Made by a program: the position numbers and the translations under genes | NCBI GenBank assembly: GCA_905182865.1 | Contig: CAJJCY010000003.1 | Coordinates: 722,238 to 786,237, forward strand | Length of the DNA: 64,000 nt | Reading direction: 5' to 3' | Source of the DNA: an uncultured SAR324 cluster bacterium | Lineage (GTDB): Bacteria > SAR324 > NAC60-12 | The notes under the pieces: model-generated | What the model was told of the DNA's origin: nothing | The model's database searches: none | The model's input: the letters and a program-made list of their open reading frames with translations, nothing else | Part shown: piece by piece, positions 19,549-28,813 of the stretch | How the letters are laid out: every line of letters begins with the position of its first letter | Position numbering within the stretch: the stretch's first letter is position 1

Positions 19549-20061
19549 TTAAGACAGACTGCAGTTGTTCCGCAATTGCCGATTAGCAGCAATCCATTTT
19601 CTGAGTTCAGCTAAGAACTCCGGAGTCTGTTTTGCTGTTTCAAAAATTTGAACTGTTTGCTGACGATGTTCCCATAACATATTTGAAAACGCTTCTGTAG
19701 ACGATTGTGGACAAGTCATCAGCTTTGCCAAAGCCTCCAGATGAGGACCACGTCCTTGTACTGTTTCGACCAGCAATTGTGTGTGGGACTGCTTAAGGAA
19801 TTGCATCCGTGACTGTTCTAAGAATTGTGAAAAATTCCAATTATTACATCCCAGTGTTCCGGATGTGCTCGCACTTGAATAAACTGGAGAGTAAGTTATA
19901 TCAACCAATGACATGATTGGATCATTAGTGGAAACACCCATGAATCCTTCTCCGCGACAGGCTGCATGAAGTTGAGTATTCACGCAGAATAACAATATAA
20001 ATGCAAAGGTCAATACTCCTGCAGGAAGATATTTGACATGGTGAAAAACAATTCCAAACAT
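19549..20061 (-). CDS. Secreted protein, DUF3015-like (paralog B)
   Basis: Collinear with 19085..19534 (ACRGEGFMGVSTND.., STSGTLGC, QGRGPHLEALAKLMTC). Tandem arrangement with a 14-bp gap. Confidence 0.55.
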   Translation of the reverse strand: MFGIVFHHVKYLPAGVLTFAFILLFCVNTQLHAACRGEGFMGVSTNDPIMSLVDITYSPVYSSASTSGTLGCNNWNFSQFLEQSRMQFLKQSHTQLLVETVQGRGPHLEALAKLMTCPQSSTEAFSNMLWEHRQQTVQIFETAKQTPEFLAELRKWIAANRQLRNNCSLS

Positions 20062-20118
20062 GAAGCTTTTGAATCTAAAACAGGAGACGGCAGTCTAGCT
20101 CTCCGTGTGGAAAATTAT

Positions 20119-20406
20119 TCAGCCGCGGACTTTTTCGGCTTTACGGATTACCTGGGATTTCATGGAATCAATTCCTTTTGAAAGGGCTTTGTAAAGATTT
20201 TCATGGTCGGCTTTACTAGAAAGCTGCTTGCTCCTGTAACTGCAATTGATACCCACATGATAAGATTTATCTGCAACTTTGTTCAGTTTAACGTGAAAAG
20301 GATATTTATCGTCAGTAATTTTTATCAATTCCTCAAAAGCCTGATGCACGTGATCGGAAACAGCTTTTGAGTTTCGAATGTTTTTAAATGAAAGATGAAT
20401 AGGCAT
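20119..20406 (-). CDS. HPF/RaiA-family ribosome-associated protein (short form)
   Basis: MPIHLSFKNIRNSKAVSDHVHQAFEELIK...KALSKGIDSMKSQVIRKAEK fits the sigma-54 modulation / ribosome hibernation fold. ATG at 20406 is preceded by GGAGG 5 nt upstream; the track start 20424 is TTG. Confidence 0.65.
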   Translation of the reverse strand: MPIHLSFKNIRNSKAVSDHVHQAFEELIKITDDKYPFHVKLNKVADKSYHVGINCSYRSKQLSSKADHENLYKALSKGIDSMKSQVIRKAEKVRG

Positions 20407-20506
20407 TTTTCCTCCGATTGTCAAAAAATTTGAAAAATAATGCAGTAAAATAAGTTTATGGCAATTGAGTGATATTTTTTAAATTAGAACTGTAATAAGT
20501 AACGGA

Positions 20507-20707
20507 TCATTTTAGGGGTGGAGCGTCTCCAGGATTTGTTATGTTAAGTTTTGTTGAAGATTTGGGAGCGTCTTTCACGGGCAATTCTGTCAAAGTTTTT
20601 AAATTTGGAATCTCATCAGCAACTCCCGGAACAAAATAAAAATATCCTGGCAGTACTACAGCAAAATAAGATAAAATCCCAACAAAGACAATTATTACAA
20701 TTCTCAT
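20507..20707 (-). CDS. Small membrane protein (66 aa)
   Basis: MRIVIIVFVGILSYFAVVLPGYFYF forms a single TM segment. I prefer the ATG at 20707 over the track's TTG at 20740. Confidence 0.4.
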   Translation of the reverse strand: MRIVIIVFVGILSYFAVVLPGYFYFVPGVADEIPNLKTLTELPVKDAPKSSTKLNITNPGDAPPLK

Positions 20708-20897
20708 AGATTCCCTTCGTAAAAATTGGTTTGATACCAAGTTCTAAAAAAAAGGCTACCATAGTTTAACAATCTTAAGTGCATTGGTCAATTATACAAT
20801 TAAATTAATGGTGAAATCTGGGTCTAAAATTCAAGATACAACAAATACGTTTTTTCATTCCTCAAAACTATTTTCAGAAAAACCATCAATCACTTAT

Positions 20898-20916
20898 ACT
20901 GATACAAACTGATACA
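20898..20916. promoter_or_regulatory. Tandem direct repeat ACTGATACA-N1-ACTGATACA (10-bp phasing), candidate OmpR-family response-regulator box
   Basis: Copies at 20898-20906 and 20908-20916, about 100-120 bp upstream of the CpxP-like gene that heads the TCS/efflux block. Confidence 0.3.
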
Positions 20917-21016
20917 CCCTGTTACTGCCGAGAAAAGCTTTTCAAAAAAACTATCTGTAAAATTGTAATAACTGGAATTCACCAGTATTTAAAACTTTAT
21001 TATTGAAAGAATTATT

Positions 21017-21502
21017 ATGAATAATCGTAAATACAGGTCAAGGTATTGTTTTAGAAAAATAATTTTGGGTTTGTTGGTTGTAGTCATGATTCCATTGACA
21101 CTTGCAGGCTGCAGAAAAAAAGAGATGAGCCCAAGACGTGCCACTGAACTTGCGACTGATCGATTGGGGCTCAGCGACGAACAATCGCAAAAAATCGCAC
21201 CAATTGCAGAAGATTTGTTTGCTGAAAAAGAATCTTTGCAGGAAATCAGACAAACGATTAACGCCGAAATATTATCTCAAATGAATAGCGAGACAGCTGA
21301 TGCAGAAAAATTGGAAGCATTATTAACTGGAAGCTTTGAACAGTTAAGAGCCAAATTGCCAAAGTTTGCCAATAGTTTTGCAAAATTCCATGCGACACTG
21401 ACTACGGAACAACGGGCGAAAATAGTGGAGAAAATGGAAAAGCGTCGCAAACGTTCTGAAAAAGGCGACTGGGGTAGACATCGAGTTGGTTTATGGCATT
21501 GA
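21017..21502 (+). CDS. Spy/CpxP-family periplasmic protein (LTxxQ motifs)
   Basis: Signal/lipoprotein-like N-terminus (LTLAGC), LSDEQ and LTTEQ motifs, helical and basic C-terminus. Confidence 0.6.
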   Translation: MNNRKYRSRYCFRKIILGLLVVVMIPLTLAGCRKKEMSPRRATELATDRLGLSDEQSQKIAPIAEDLFAEKESLQEIRQTINAEILSQMNSETADAEKLEALLTGSFEQLRAKLPKFANSFAKFHATLTTEQRAKIVEKMEKRRKRSEKGDWGRHRVGLWH

Positions 21503-21589
21503 GCATTCAAACGGCAGGGCGGAATTGCATATCTGCCTTCTGATTACATGTCGAATTATATTTATTTAACAATTCATTGAACAGCAATC

Positions 21590-22213
21590 ATGAAAAAAGT
21601 TTTCGTAATTATTACAACTGGCATTTTACTACTTCTGAATTCACCTTTAGTTTTTCCTGAGGAACCAATTTTTGCTCCGAAAGAGCATTGTCTGGCCTAC
21701 AAAACAGTAAAAACAATGTTCTTTTTTGCCGATGTGTATGTGATTGGCAAAAGCTGTGATGTCACAGCAAAAATGAACTGGGAAGAATCCGGTGAAAAGG
21801 CTCAAGTTGAAGTCAGTGTTCCTGTGAAAACACTGGATTCAGGCAACCCATTTCGCGATGGAGACATTCCGGAAATTCTCAAAGCCGATCTCACTCCGAA
21901 TATTCGTTTCGTTTCAGAATGGCTTGAAAAATCAGCTTGGGCTAAAATGATGGAAGGTCAACTTCCGGAAGTTTCCGGGGATTTGGAAGTTTCAGGCGGG
22001 ATATTTCCAGTGAAGTTTGCGTTGTCATTTTCAAAACAAGCCGGATTTCTTCTGGTCGAGGGACAACTAAAAACCACATTTTCAGCTTTAAATGTTGATG
22101 TGCCGTTAGTTGCCGGAGGTCTTATAGCGGATCCACAAGATGAACTGGAATTGCAGTTGCATTTGCGTTTGGATAAAATTGCCGGAGCTGAAAAAATAAA
22201 GAATAATAAATGA
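21590..22213 (+). CDS. YceI-like periplasmic protein
   Basis: Signal peptide, then VEVSVPVKTLDSGNPFRDGDI and VSGDLEVSGGIFPVKFAL, which match the YceI pattern (..sl.tg...Rd..; G.Lt..G.t.pv.). Confidence 0.55.
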   Translation: MKKVFVIITTGILLLLNSPLVFPEEPIFAPKEHCLAYKTVKTMFFFADVYVIGKSCDVTAKMNWEESGEKAQVEVSVPVKTLDSGNPFRDGDIPEILKADLTPNIRFVSEWLEKSAWAKMMEGQLPEVSGDLEVSGGIFPVKFALSFSKQAGFLLVEGQLKTTFSALNVDVPLVAGGLIADPQDELELQLHLRLDKIAGAEKIKNNK

Positions 22214-22391
22214 AAAAATTGGACTTCAGGACGATTAATTTAGAGCAATGAAAATTGGAGAGACTATACAAATAAAAAGTAGAGTGGAAAATCGATAACG
22301 TATCCACCCTAACTATTCTACAAAGTAGTAGGTTTTAAAAATTTATTCATTCACGATACGTCTTAGCGAATCTAGTCAAACTTAAAACAAT

Positions 22392-23102
22392 ATGACTTCA
22401 ACCACTGCCGTTTCCAGAAAAATTCTAATCATCGACGATGACGAAAAACTGAATCGTCTTTTGACAGATTATCTTAGCAAAATGGGTTTTACTGTTCTGA
22501 CAGCAACCTTGCCGAGTACAGGAATGGAAAAGCTGGAAGAAGAAACTCCAGATTTGGTTATTTTGGATGTGATGCTTCCCGAAATGGACGGCTTTGAAGT
22601 TTGCCGTAACATACGTCAATCTAGTAGCGTTCCGGTGGTAATGCTTACTGCCCGTGGTGAAGTGATGGATCGGGTTGTTGGTTTAGAAATTGGGGCGGAT
22701 GATTATTTGCCAAAACCATTTGAACCGCGTGAATTGGTGGCACGAATTCACGCTATTTTACGAAGGATACAGACAAAATCTAAATCTGGAATAAAAACTA
22801 TTGGTGCTTTGTGCATTGATTACCATAAATACGAAGTCCGGGTTGATGACAAATTGGTGCATTTGACATTAAATGAATTTGAGTGCCTTAGTTTGCTGGT
22901 AAAAAACAAAGGTAAAGTCCTTAATCGTGACCAAATTATTGAAGAATTACGAGGCATTGAATGGGATGCTTTCAACCGCTCTGTTGACATTACCATGAGC
23001 CGCTTGCGTCAAAAACTTGGTGATGACCCAAAAAATCCTCGTTTTATCAAAACTATCTGGGGCACAGGATATTTGTTTATTGGAGGTGAAAATGAGGCTT
23101 AA
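22392..23102 (+). CDS. OmpR/CpxR-family response regulator
   Basis: Receiver domain (ILIIDDDE, DLVILDVMLPEMDG, LPKPF) plus winged-helix output (IKTIWGTGYLF). Confidence 0.9.
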   Translation: MTSTTAVSRKILIIDDDEKLNRLLTDYLSKMGFTVLTATLPSTGMEKLEEETPDLVILDVMLPEMDGFEVCRNIRQSSSVPVVMLTARGEVMDRVVGLEIGADDYLPKPFEPRELVARIHAILRRIQTKSKSGIKTIGALCIDYHKYEVRVDDKLVHLTLNEFECLSLLVKNKGKVLNRDQIIEELRGIEWDAFNRSVDITMSRLRQKLGDDPKNPRFIKTIWGTGYLFIGGENEA

Positions 23103-24471
23103 ATGGCTGAAACGCCCCTTTAACTCCGTTTTTACTAAATTGATTGCAGTTATGCTGATTTCAGGAAGTTTACTGGTGATGGGCATCTCAGCAATTAGCT
23201 GGCATGGTTTCAGGGAAAATCAGAGAAATTTTTTCCGTAATAACCTGGCCCAGTACGGAGCGTATCTTGTCAAGGATTTAGAGGAAAATCTTAATTTGGA
23301 ACACGCGCGTGAATTATCGCAGCGTTTGTTTTTAATTATTCGTTATGAAGGTGAAAATGAAACATGGGAAACTGGGTCGGGAATTCCTCCTTTACAGAAA
23401 ATACATTTCCGCAAGTGGATGGAAAAATCTAATGATCCCGGTTTTCGGTTGCTAGTACAACCGCTTCGCCCACTTGTAACAGATTTGCGTTTTGGGCGCT
23501 ATCACAGACAAGGTGTGGCGATCGTTGAAACGGAAACAGGACGTTTTATTTTTGCAGAAATTAAGGATGAGTGGCACGTAATCCGTTTTGCACTGCCGTG
23601 GATTTTTGCAGTATTGGGATTGGTTGGACTGGTTTTAACAATAACTTGGATGATTTTACACAAAATATTACAACCTCTTAACTGGCTTTCGGATGGTGTT
23701 TCTGCAATAGGAGAAGGTAATTTGGAGCATCGACTTCCAGAGAAACGAGGTGATGAACTGGGAAATTTGGCAAGAGCCTTCAACCGTATGTCAGAACGAA
23801 TCAGGGAAATGTTGTCTGCACGAGAACAGCTTTTACTTGATGTTAGTCATGAACTTCGATCGCCGTTGACACGGATGAAAGTTGCTTTGGAATTTATTCC
23901 CGAAGATGCTTCGCGTGAAAGTTTGCTCGATGATGTTCAGGAAATGGAGCAAATGGTGACCGAAATTTTAGAAACTGCCCGCTTAAAAAGTGAATATGGT
24001 CATTTGAATTTAAAAGAAACAGATTTAGTAAAGTTGATTCGGGATATTTGTATTACTTTTGAAGGACAAAATCCTGAGATTCGTTTTGAGAATACCCCGG
24101 AAAAGTGTCAAATTTTTGCAGATGCAGAACAAATCGAAACAGTACTGAAAAATCTACTGGCCAATGCCCTCAAATATTCTACAGTGGGAAATGCTCCGGT
24201 TGAAATATGTTTGAAAAAGAGTGATGCAGGTACGTTCATTGAAATTCAAGATCACGGCCCAGGTATTCAGGATGAGGAGTTGGGTTTTATTTTTGAACCA
24301 TTTTATCGCACTGACAAGTCACGGAACAGGAAAACTGGCGGCTACGGGCTGGGCTTGAGTTTGTGCAAAACAATCATCGAAGCACACGGAGGTACAATTG
24401 ATGTTCAGAGCAATACGGGAAAAGGGGCAATGTTTTCTTTGCATTTACCCAAATCTCCTTCAATTATTTGA
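23092..24471 (+). CDS. Sensor histidine kinase (periplasmic sensor, HAMP, HisKA, HATPase)
   Basis: ATG at 23092 overlaps the regulator stop. Two TM segments flank a domain of about 150 aa. H-box SHELRSPLT, N-box LLANALKYS, G-boxes DHGPGI and GGYGLGLS. Confidence 0.9.
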   Translation: MRLKWLKRPFNSVFTKLIAVMLISGSLLVMGISAISWHGFRENQRNFFRNNLAQYGAYLVKDLEENLNLEHARELSQRLFLIIRYEGENETWETGSGIPPLQKIHFRKWMEKSNDPGFRLLVQPLRPLVTDLRFGRYHRQGVAIVETETGRFIFAEIKDEWHVIRFALPWIFAVLGLVGLVLTITWMILHKILQPLNWLSDGVSAIGEGNLEHRLPEKRGDELGNLARAFNRMSERIREMLSAREQLLLDVSHELRSPLTRMKVALEFIPEDASRESLLDDVQEMEQMVTEILETARLKSEYGHLNLKETDLVKLIRDICITFEGQNPEIRFENTPEKCQIFADAEQIETVLKNLLANALKYSTVGNAPVEICLKKSDAGTFIEIQDHGPGIQDEELGFIFEPFYRTDKSRNRKTGGYGLGLSLCKTIIEAHGGTIDVQSNTGKGAMFSLHLPKSPSII

Positions 24472-24484
24472 CTGAAACGAATAC

Positions 24485-25693
24485 ATGTGGAAAAAATTAT
24501 TTAATTTAAAATTCTGGCTCCCTGTTTTAGTTGATGGTTCAGGTGCAGGTGTTACTGTAGCCTTGCTGAAAAATAAGCCGAAAGCGCGCAAAAAACCAAA
24601 TTTTCAACGGGGAACTTTGGTGGAAGTGATGGAGGCAAAATTGAGTAATCCACAAATTGAGGTAAGAACTCATGGACGTGTTCGTGCTGCAAAAAAAGTA
24701 ATTTTGAGCGCACGTATTGGTGGAGAAGTAATTTGGATTGGCCCAAAAATGAACGAAGGTAGTTTTTTCAAAAAAGGCGATCAGCTTTTGAGCATTGGCA
24801 TCCGGCAGTCACAATCGCGTTTGAAGGCACCTTTCAACGGAGTAGTGCAGTCAAAAAATGTGGATTTGGGGCAATATGTTAATCCCGGAACGCAATTGGC
24901 GGTTTTGTTTGGTAGTGATGAGGCTGAGGTCGTGATAGATTTGCCGATGGGGCGCATGGATTGGCTGCCTCAATCCTCCACATCACTTGACGGCGAAAAT
25001 CAATTTCAATTTCCTGCAACTGTTTCTTTAGCAGGAATGATTTCTGCGTCCGTTTGGAATGCGACGGTGAAACGGCATTTGCTGGAACTGACTCCACGCG
25101 GGATGATGGTACAATTGATAGCTGAAGCGGATGACCCATTTCGCCTGAAACGCAAGTCACAGGTGAAGTCGAAAAACAAACTAACTTCTGAAAACACGCT
25201 AATTAATACTGTGGGAACAGCGAATTCGGAAAGTCCGCCGACTCCCCAAACCTCGAATATGCCTCTTTTTGTGGGAGCTTTTGTCGATGTGACAATTCCA
25301 GGAAGACAACTGGAAAATGTGGTTAACATTCCGGCACAAGCATTGCGGGATCAGGACACAGTGTGGATTGCCTTGGAGGGCGAGTTGGAGGTTCGGCGGG
25401 TGAAAATCGCACATCTTGATCAAGACAATATTTATCTTTCTGGTGGCGTAAAGCCGGGAGAACAGATTATCATTTCTCCCATCAAAGGTGCTGCAAATGG
25501 GCTTAAAATCCGCATTGCCGGGAAAGAAAAAATCAGGAAAAAGGGAGACGGATCAAGGAAGGAGCTTTCAGGAGAAAGGAAAAAGCGAAGGAAACGAGGA
25601 GATGGAAAAGGTGAACAAGGGGATGGGAAATGGGAACAACGAGAGAATAACCAAAGAAAACAAAATTCTGAATCAAATAAGGAGGAGTCATGA
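24485..25693 (+). CDS. RND efflux periplasmic adaptor (MFP), hairpin-less, with a charged C-terminal tail
   Basis: The lipoyl half-motifs ARIGGEVIWIG...GDQLLSI and LKAPFNGVVQSKNVDLGQYVNPGTQLAVLF are joined by only 8 residues. A beta-barrel/MP domain follows (VNIPAQAL...VKPGEQIIISP). Tail: KEKIRKKGDGSRKELSGERKKRRKRGDGKGEQGDGKWEQRENNQRKQNSESNKEES. Confidence 0.8.
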   Translation: MWKKLFNLKFWLPVLVDGSGAGVTVALLKNKPKARKKPNFQRGTLVEVMEAKLSNPQIEVRTHGRVRAAKKVILSARIGGEVIWIGPKMNEGSFFKKGDQLLSIGIRQSQSRLKAPFNGVVQSKNVDLGQYVNPGTQLAVLFGSDEAEVVIDLPMGRMDWLPQSSTSLDGENQFQFPATVSLAGMISASVWNATVKRHLLELTPRGMMVQLIAEADDPFRLKRKSQVKSKNKLTSENTLINTVGTANSESPPTPQTSNMPLFVGAFVDVTIPGRQLENVVNIPAQALRDQDTVWIALEGELEVRRVKIAHLDQDNIYLSGGVKPGEQIIISPIKGAANGLKIRIAGKEKIRKKGDGSRKELSGERKKRRKRGDGKGEQGDGKWEQRENNQRKQNSESNKEES

Positions 25694-28600
25694 TTCGTTG
25701 GATGGCAGAACATAAAGTCGCGGCAAATTTGCTGATGATCATTATTTTAGTGGCCGGAGTAATGGGTGTTTCTAATATCAAACAGGAAGTGTTCCCTGAG
25801 TTTGATCTAGATTTTATTATTGTAGCTGTTCCGTATTCTGGTGCAACTCCTGATGAAATTGAGGAATCAATATTGTTGCCGATTGAAGATGCGGTTTCCG
25901 GAATAACTGGAATCAAAAAAATTACTGGAACTGCTAAAGAAAGCATGGGCAGTTTCCGGATCGAACTGCAAAAAGGAGCGGACAAACAAAGTGTGTTTGA
26001 CGATGTGGAATCGGCGGTTACTCGATTGACGACTCTTCCAGAAGAGGCCGATGATGCTCAGGTGCAGTTACCTCGAAGGCGGAGAGAAGTTTTGAATATC
26101 GCACTTTATGGAGATGCACCAGCGCGGTCATTGATTGAGTTGGCTCAAATGGCTCGGGACACTTTGTTGACGCATCCGGACATCACGCAAGTCGATGTGG
26201 AACAGTCGCGGGGTTTTGAAATGACACTCGAAATTTCAAAATCTGCCTTGCAGCAACATGGTCTCACGCTGAATCAAATTTCTGGAATCATCCGCCAGGC
26301 AACTCTTGATATGCCCGGAGGAAAAATCCAAACCGTCGGGGGTGATCTGCTCATTCGCACCAAAGAGCGTCGTTACACGGCCGCGGAATATGCGGAAATT
26401 CCGCTGCTAACAACCGACCAGGGAATTTTGAGCTTGGGCGATATTGCCCACATTTCGGATGGATTTGAGGAGTCAGATCTTCGTTCACGATACAACGGGA
26501 AACCGTCTGAACGAATCTTGGTTTACCGTGTCGGCGAGCAAACGCCAACCGATGTTTCAAAAGCCGTTCATGAAAAAATGGAAGTATTAAAAAGTCAATT
26601 GCCATCTAGTGTACAAACACAAATTGTGAAAGATTCATCCATTATTTTGGAAGATCGCATCAATTTATTGATGAAAAATTTATGGTTGGGACTGGGTTTG
26701 GTCTTTCTGACATTGTCACTTTTTTTAAGAGTGGATTTGTCTTTTTGGATTATGATAGGCATTCCCATCAGTTTTGCCGGAGCCATGATTTCGATGCCTA
26801 TCACTGATTCCAGCATCAACATGATTTCGCTTTTCGCCTTTATTTTGGTTTTAGGAATTGTGGTGGATGATGCCATTGTGGTCGGCGAAAATATCTATGC
26901 GCATCAGGAAATGGGAAAATCGCCATTGGATGCTGCTGTGGACGGCGCAACTGAAATCGCTCCGCCGGTTTTAATCACAATCCTGACCACCATAGCAGCT
27001 TTCATTCCGATCTATTTTATTCCAGGCATCACCGGAAATATTTTCCAAAATATTCCAAATGTTTTGATTGCAGTTTTGCTCTTTTCTTTGCTGGAAGTTA
27101 TGTTTATTCTTCCCGGTCATCTCTCACACATCAATCGGGTGATGGCTTGGATACTTGCGCCGCTTGGGAAAATTCTGGAAACGCCGCGACATTATTTCAG
27201 TTCCGCGCTTTTTTGGTTTTCCAACAAACCATACAGGACAATTTTGGAAAAGGGTATTGCTTACCGTTACACTATTTTTGCGCTTGGTGTTTTCTTTATA
27301 TTACTTTGCGCAGGATTGGTGGCAGGCGGACACATGAAATTTACTTTTTTTCCAAAAATAGATCGCGATGACATTGCAGTCACCGCACGAATGCCTTTTG
27401 GTACTCCGGCCTCGGTCAGTCGTGAAGTTGAAGAAAAAATGTTGCGTAGCGCAGAAAAGTTGCTCCGTGAATATGAAGCTGAAACCGGACAACCTGTTCA
27501 TGATGGAATTTACAGTACTGTCGGAAGGGGCGGTGCTAACAACACTTCGGTACGAGTTTATCTGAAGCCTCTCAATGAACGAAAATTTGCGGCAGTCGAA
27601 TTTTCAAGAAGATGGCGCAAAGAAATGGGAGAAGTTGCCGGAATTGAAGCACTCAACATCCGTGCGCGGCATTCGATGGGTTCAAATTACGATATTGATC
27701 TGCAACTAAGTCACCCAGATACAAATAAACTTTTGGTCATCGTCGAGCAATTTAAAGAAAAATTGGGTGAATATCCAGGAGTAAGTAACATTGAAGACAG
27801 TACCGAAGACGGAAAACGTGAAGTGCAATTACGTCTCAGTCCGGCTGGACGAACTTTGGGTTTAAGTACACAAGAATTGACTCAGCAAATTCGAGCTGCT
27901 TTTCAAGGCGTTGAAGTTTTTAAATTGTTGCGAGATAGCGATGAAGTGAGTGTTAAACTACGCTTACCGTTCGAGGAACGCCGATATTTGCGGGATTTGG
28001 AGGATTTGGTAATTTTGTCTCCAACCGGAAAATTATTGCCTTTGAGGCAAGTGGCTGAGTTAAAATACGGTCAATCTTACAGTGCAATCCGGAGAATCGA
28101 CGGACGGCGTATTGTGAGCGTAAGGGCGTTGGTGGATTCTGGAGTGGCTAACTCAGGAGAAATCCAACGCTCCATCAAACAAGAACTTTTGCTGAATATT
28201 AAAAGTCAAAATCCGCAATTGCAATATTCATTTGAAGGGGCACACCGTGCGCAAACCAACACAATGGACGGTGTAAAACAAGGAGGCATTGTGGCCTTGC
28301 TCTTGATTTACAGCTTGTTGGCGTTGCAGTTCCGGAGCTATTTCCAACCTGTTATCATCATGACTGCAATTCCGTTTGGAATGGTTGGAGCACTTCTAGG
28401 ACATTTGCTGATGGGTTACAGTTTGAGTGTCATCAGCATTTTGGGAATTGTCGCATTGACCGGAATTGTGGTCAACGATTCACTGATTTTAGTTGATTTC
28501 ATCAACCGTTCCCGCGAGAGAGGAACTCCAATTCGACAAGCAATTGTTGAAGCCGGAGTGCGCCGTTTCCGGCCAATTTTATTGACCACCCTAACCACCT

Positions 28601-28797
28601 TTTTCGGTTTGCTACCAATGCTTTTTGAGCAATCCTTACAAGCAAGATTTTTAATTCCAATGGCCATCAGTTTAGCGTTTGGCGTGTTGTTTTCAACTTT
28701 TGTGATCCTAGTTTTGATTCCGGTACTTTACATGATTTTGGAAGATTTTAAGGGACTTGTAAGTAGAAGACCTAAAAAAGTAGAAGTGGAGACGTAA
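25690..28797 (+). CDS. RND efflux transporter permease (AcrB/AcrD/AcrF family)
   Basis: 1035 aa with 12-TM architecture, VDDAIVVGENI in TM4 and typical N-terminus MIRWMAEHKVAANLLM. ATGA overlap with the adaptor gene. Confidence 0.93.
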   Translation: MIRWMAEHKVAANLLMIIILVAGVMGVSNIKQEVFPEFDLDFIIVAVPYSGATPDEIEESILLPIEDAVSGITGIKKITGTAKESMGSFRIELQKGADKQSVFDDVESAVTRLTTLPEEADDAQVQLPRRRREVLNIALYGDAPARSLIELAQMARDTLLTHPDITQVDVEQSRGFEMTLEISKSALQQHGLTLNQISGIIRQATLDMPGGKIQTVGGDLLIRTKERRYTAAEYAEIPLLTTDQGILSLGDIAHISDGFEESDLRSRYNGKPSERILVYRVGEQTPTDVSKAVHEKMEVLKSQLPSSVQTQIVKDSSIILEDRINLLMKNLWLGLGLVFLTLSLFLRVDLSFWIMIGIPISFAGAMISMPITDSSINMISLFAFILVLGIVVDDAIVVGENIYAHQEMGKSPLDAAVDGATEIAPPVLITILTTIAAFIPIYFIPGITGNIFQNIPNVLIAVLLFSLLEVMFILPGHLSHINRVMAWILAPLGKILETPRHYFSSALFWFSNKPYRTILEKGIAYRYTIFALGVFFILLCAGLVAGGHMKFTFFPKIDRDDIAVTARMPFGTPASVSREVEEKMLRSAEKLLREYEAETGQPVHDGIYSTVGRGGANNTSVRVYLKPLNERKFAAVEFSRRWRKEMGEVAGIEALNIRARHSMGSNYDIDLQLSHPDTNKLLVIVEQFKEKLGEYPGVSNIEDSTEDGKREVQLRLSPAGRTLGLSTQELTQQIRAAFQGVEVFKLLRDSDEVSVKLRLPFEERRYLRDLEDLVILSPTGKLLPLRQVAELKYGQSYSAIRRIDGRRIVSVRALVDSGVANSGEIQRSIKQELLLNIKSQNPQLQYSFEGAHRAQTNTMDGVKQGGIVALLLIYSLLALQFRSYFQPVIIMTAIPFGMVGALLGHLLMGYSLSVISILGIVALTGIVVNDSLILVDFINRSRERGTPIRQAIVEAGVRRFRPILLTTLTTFFGLLPMLFEQSLQARFLIPMAISLAFGVLFSTFVILVLIPVLYMILEDFKGLVSRRPKKVEVET

Positions 28798-28813
28798 GTG
28801 GTTTGAGCAGTGG

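Noticed and set aside
25533-25985. 150-aa minus-strand ORF spanning the adaptor/RND junction, plus many similar antisense ORFs (for example 11692..12066, 13097..13420, 26595..26876, 52815..53261, 55589..55996, 56306..57485, 58362..58658)
   Set aside because: All lie fully inside, and antisense or out of frame to, genes with strong family motifs. Their low-complexity composition is typical of shadow ORFs.
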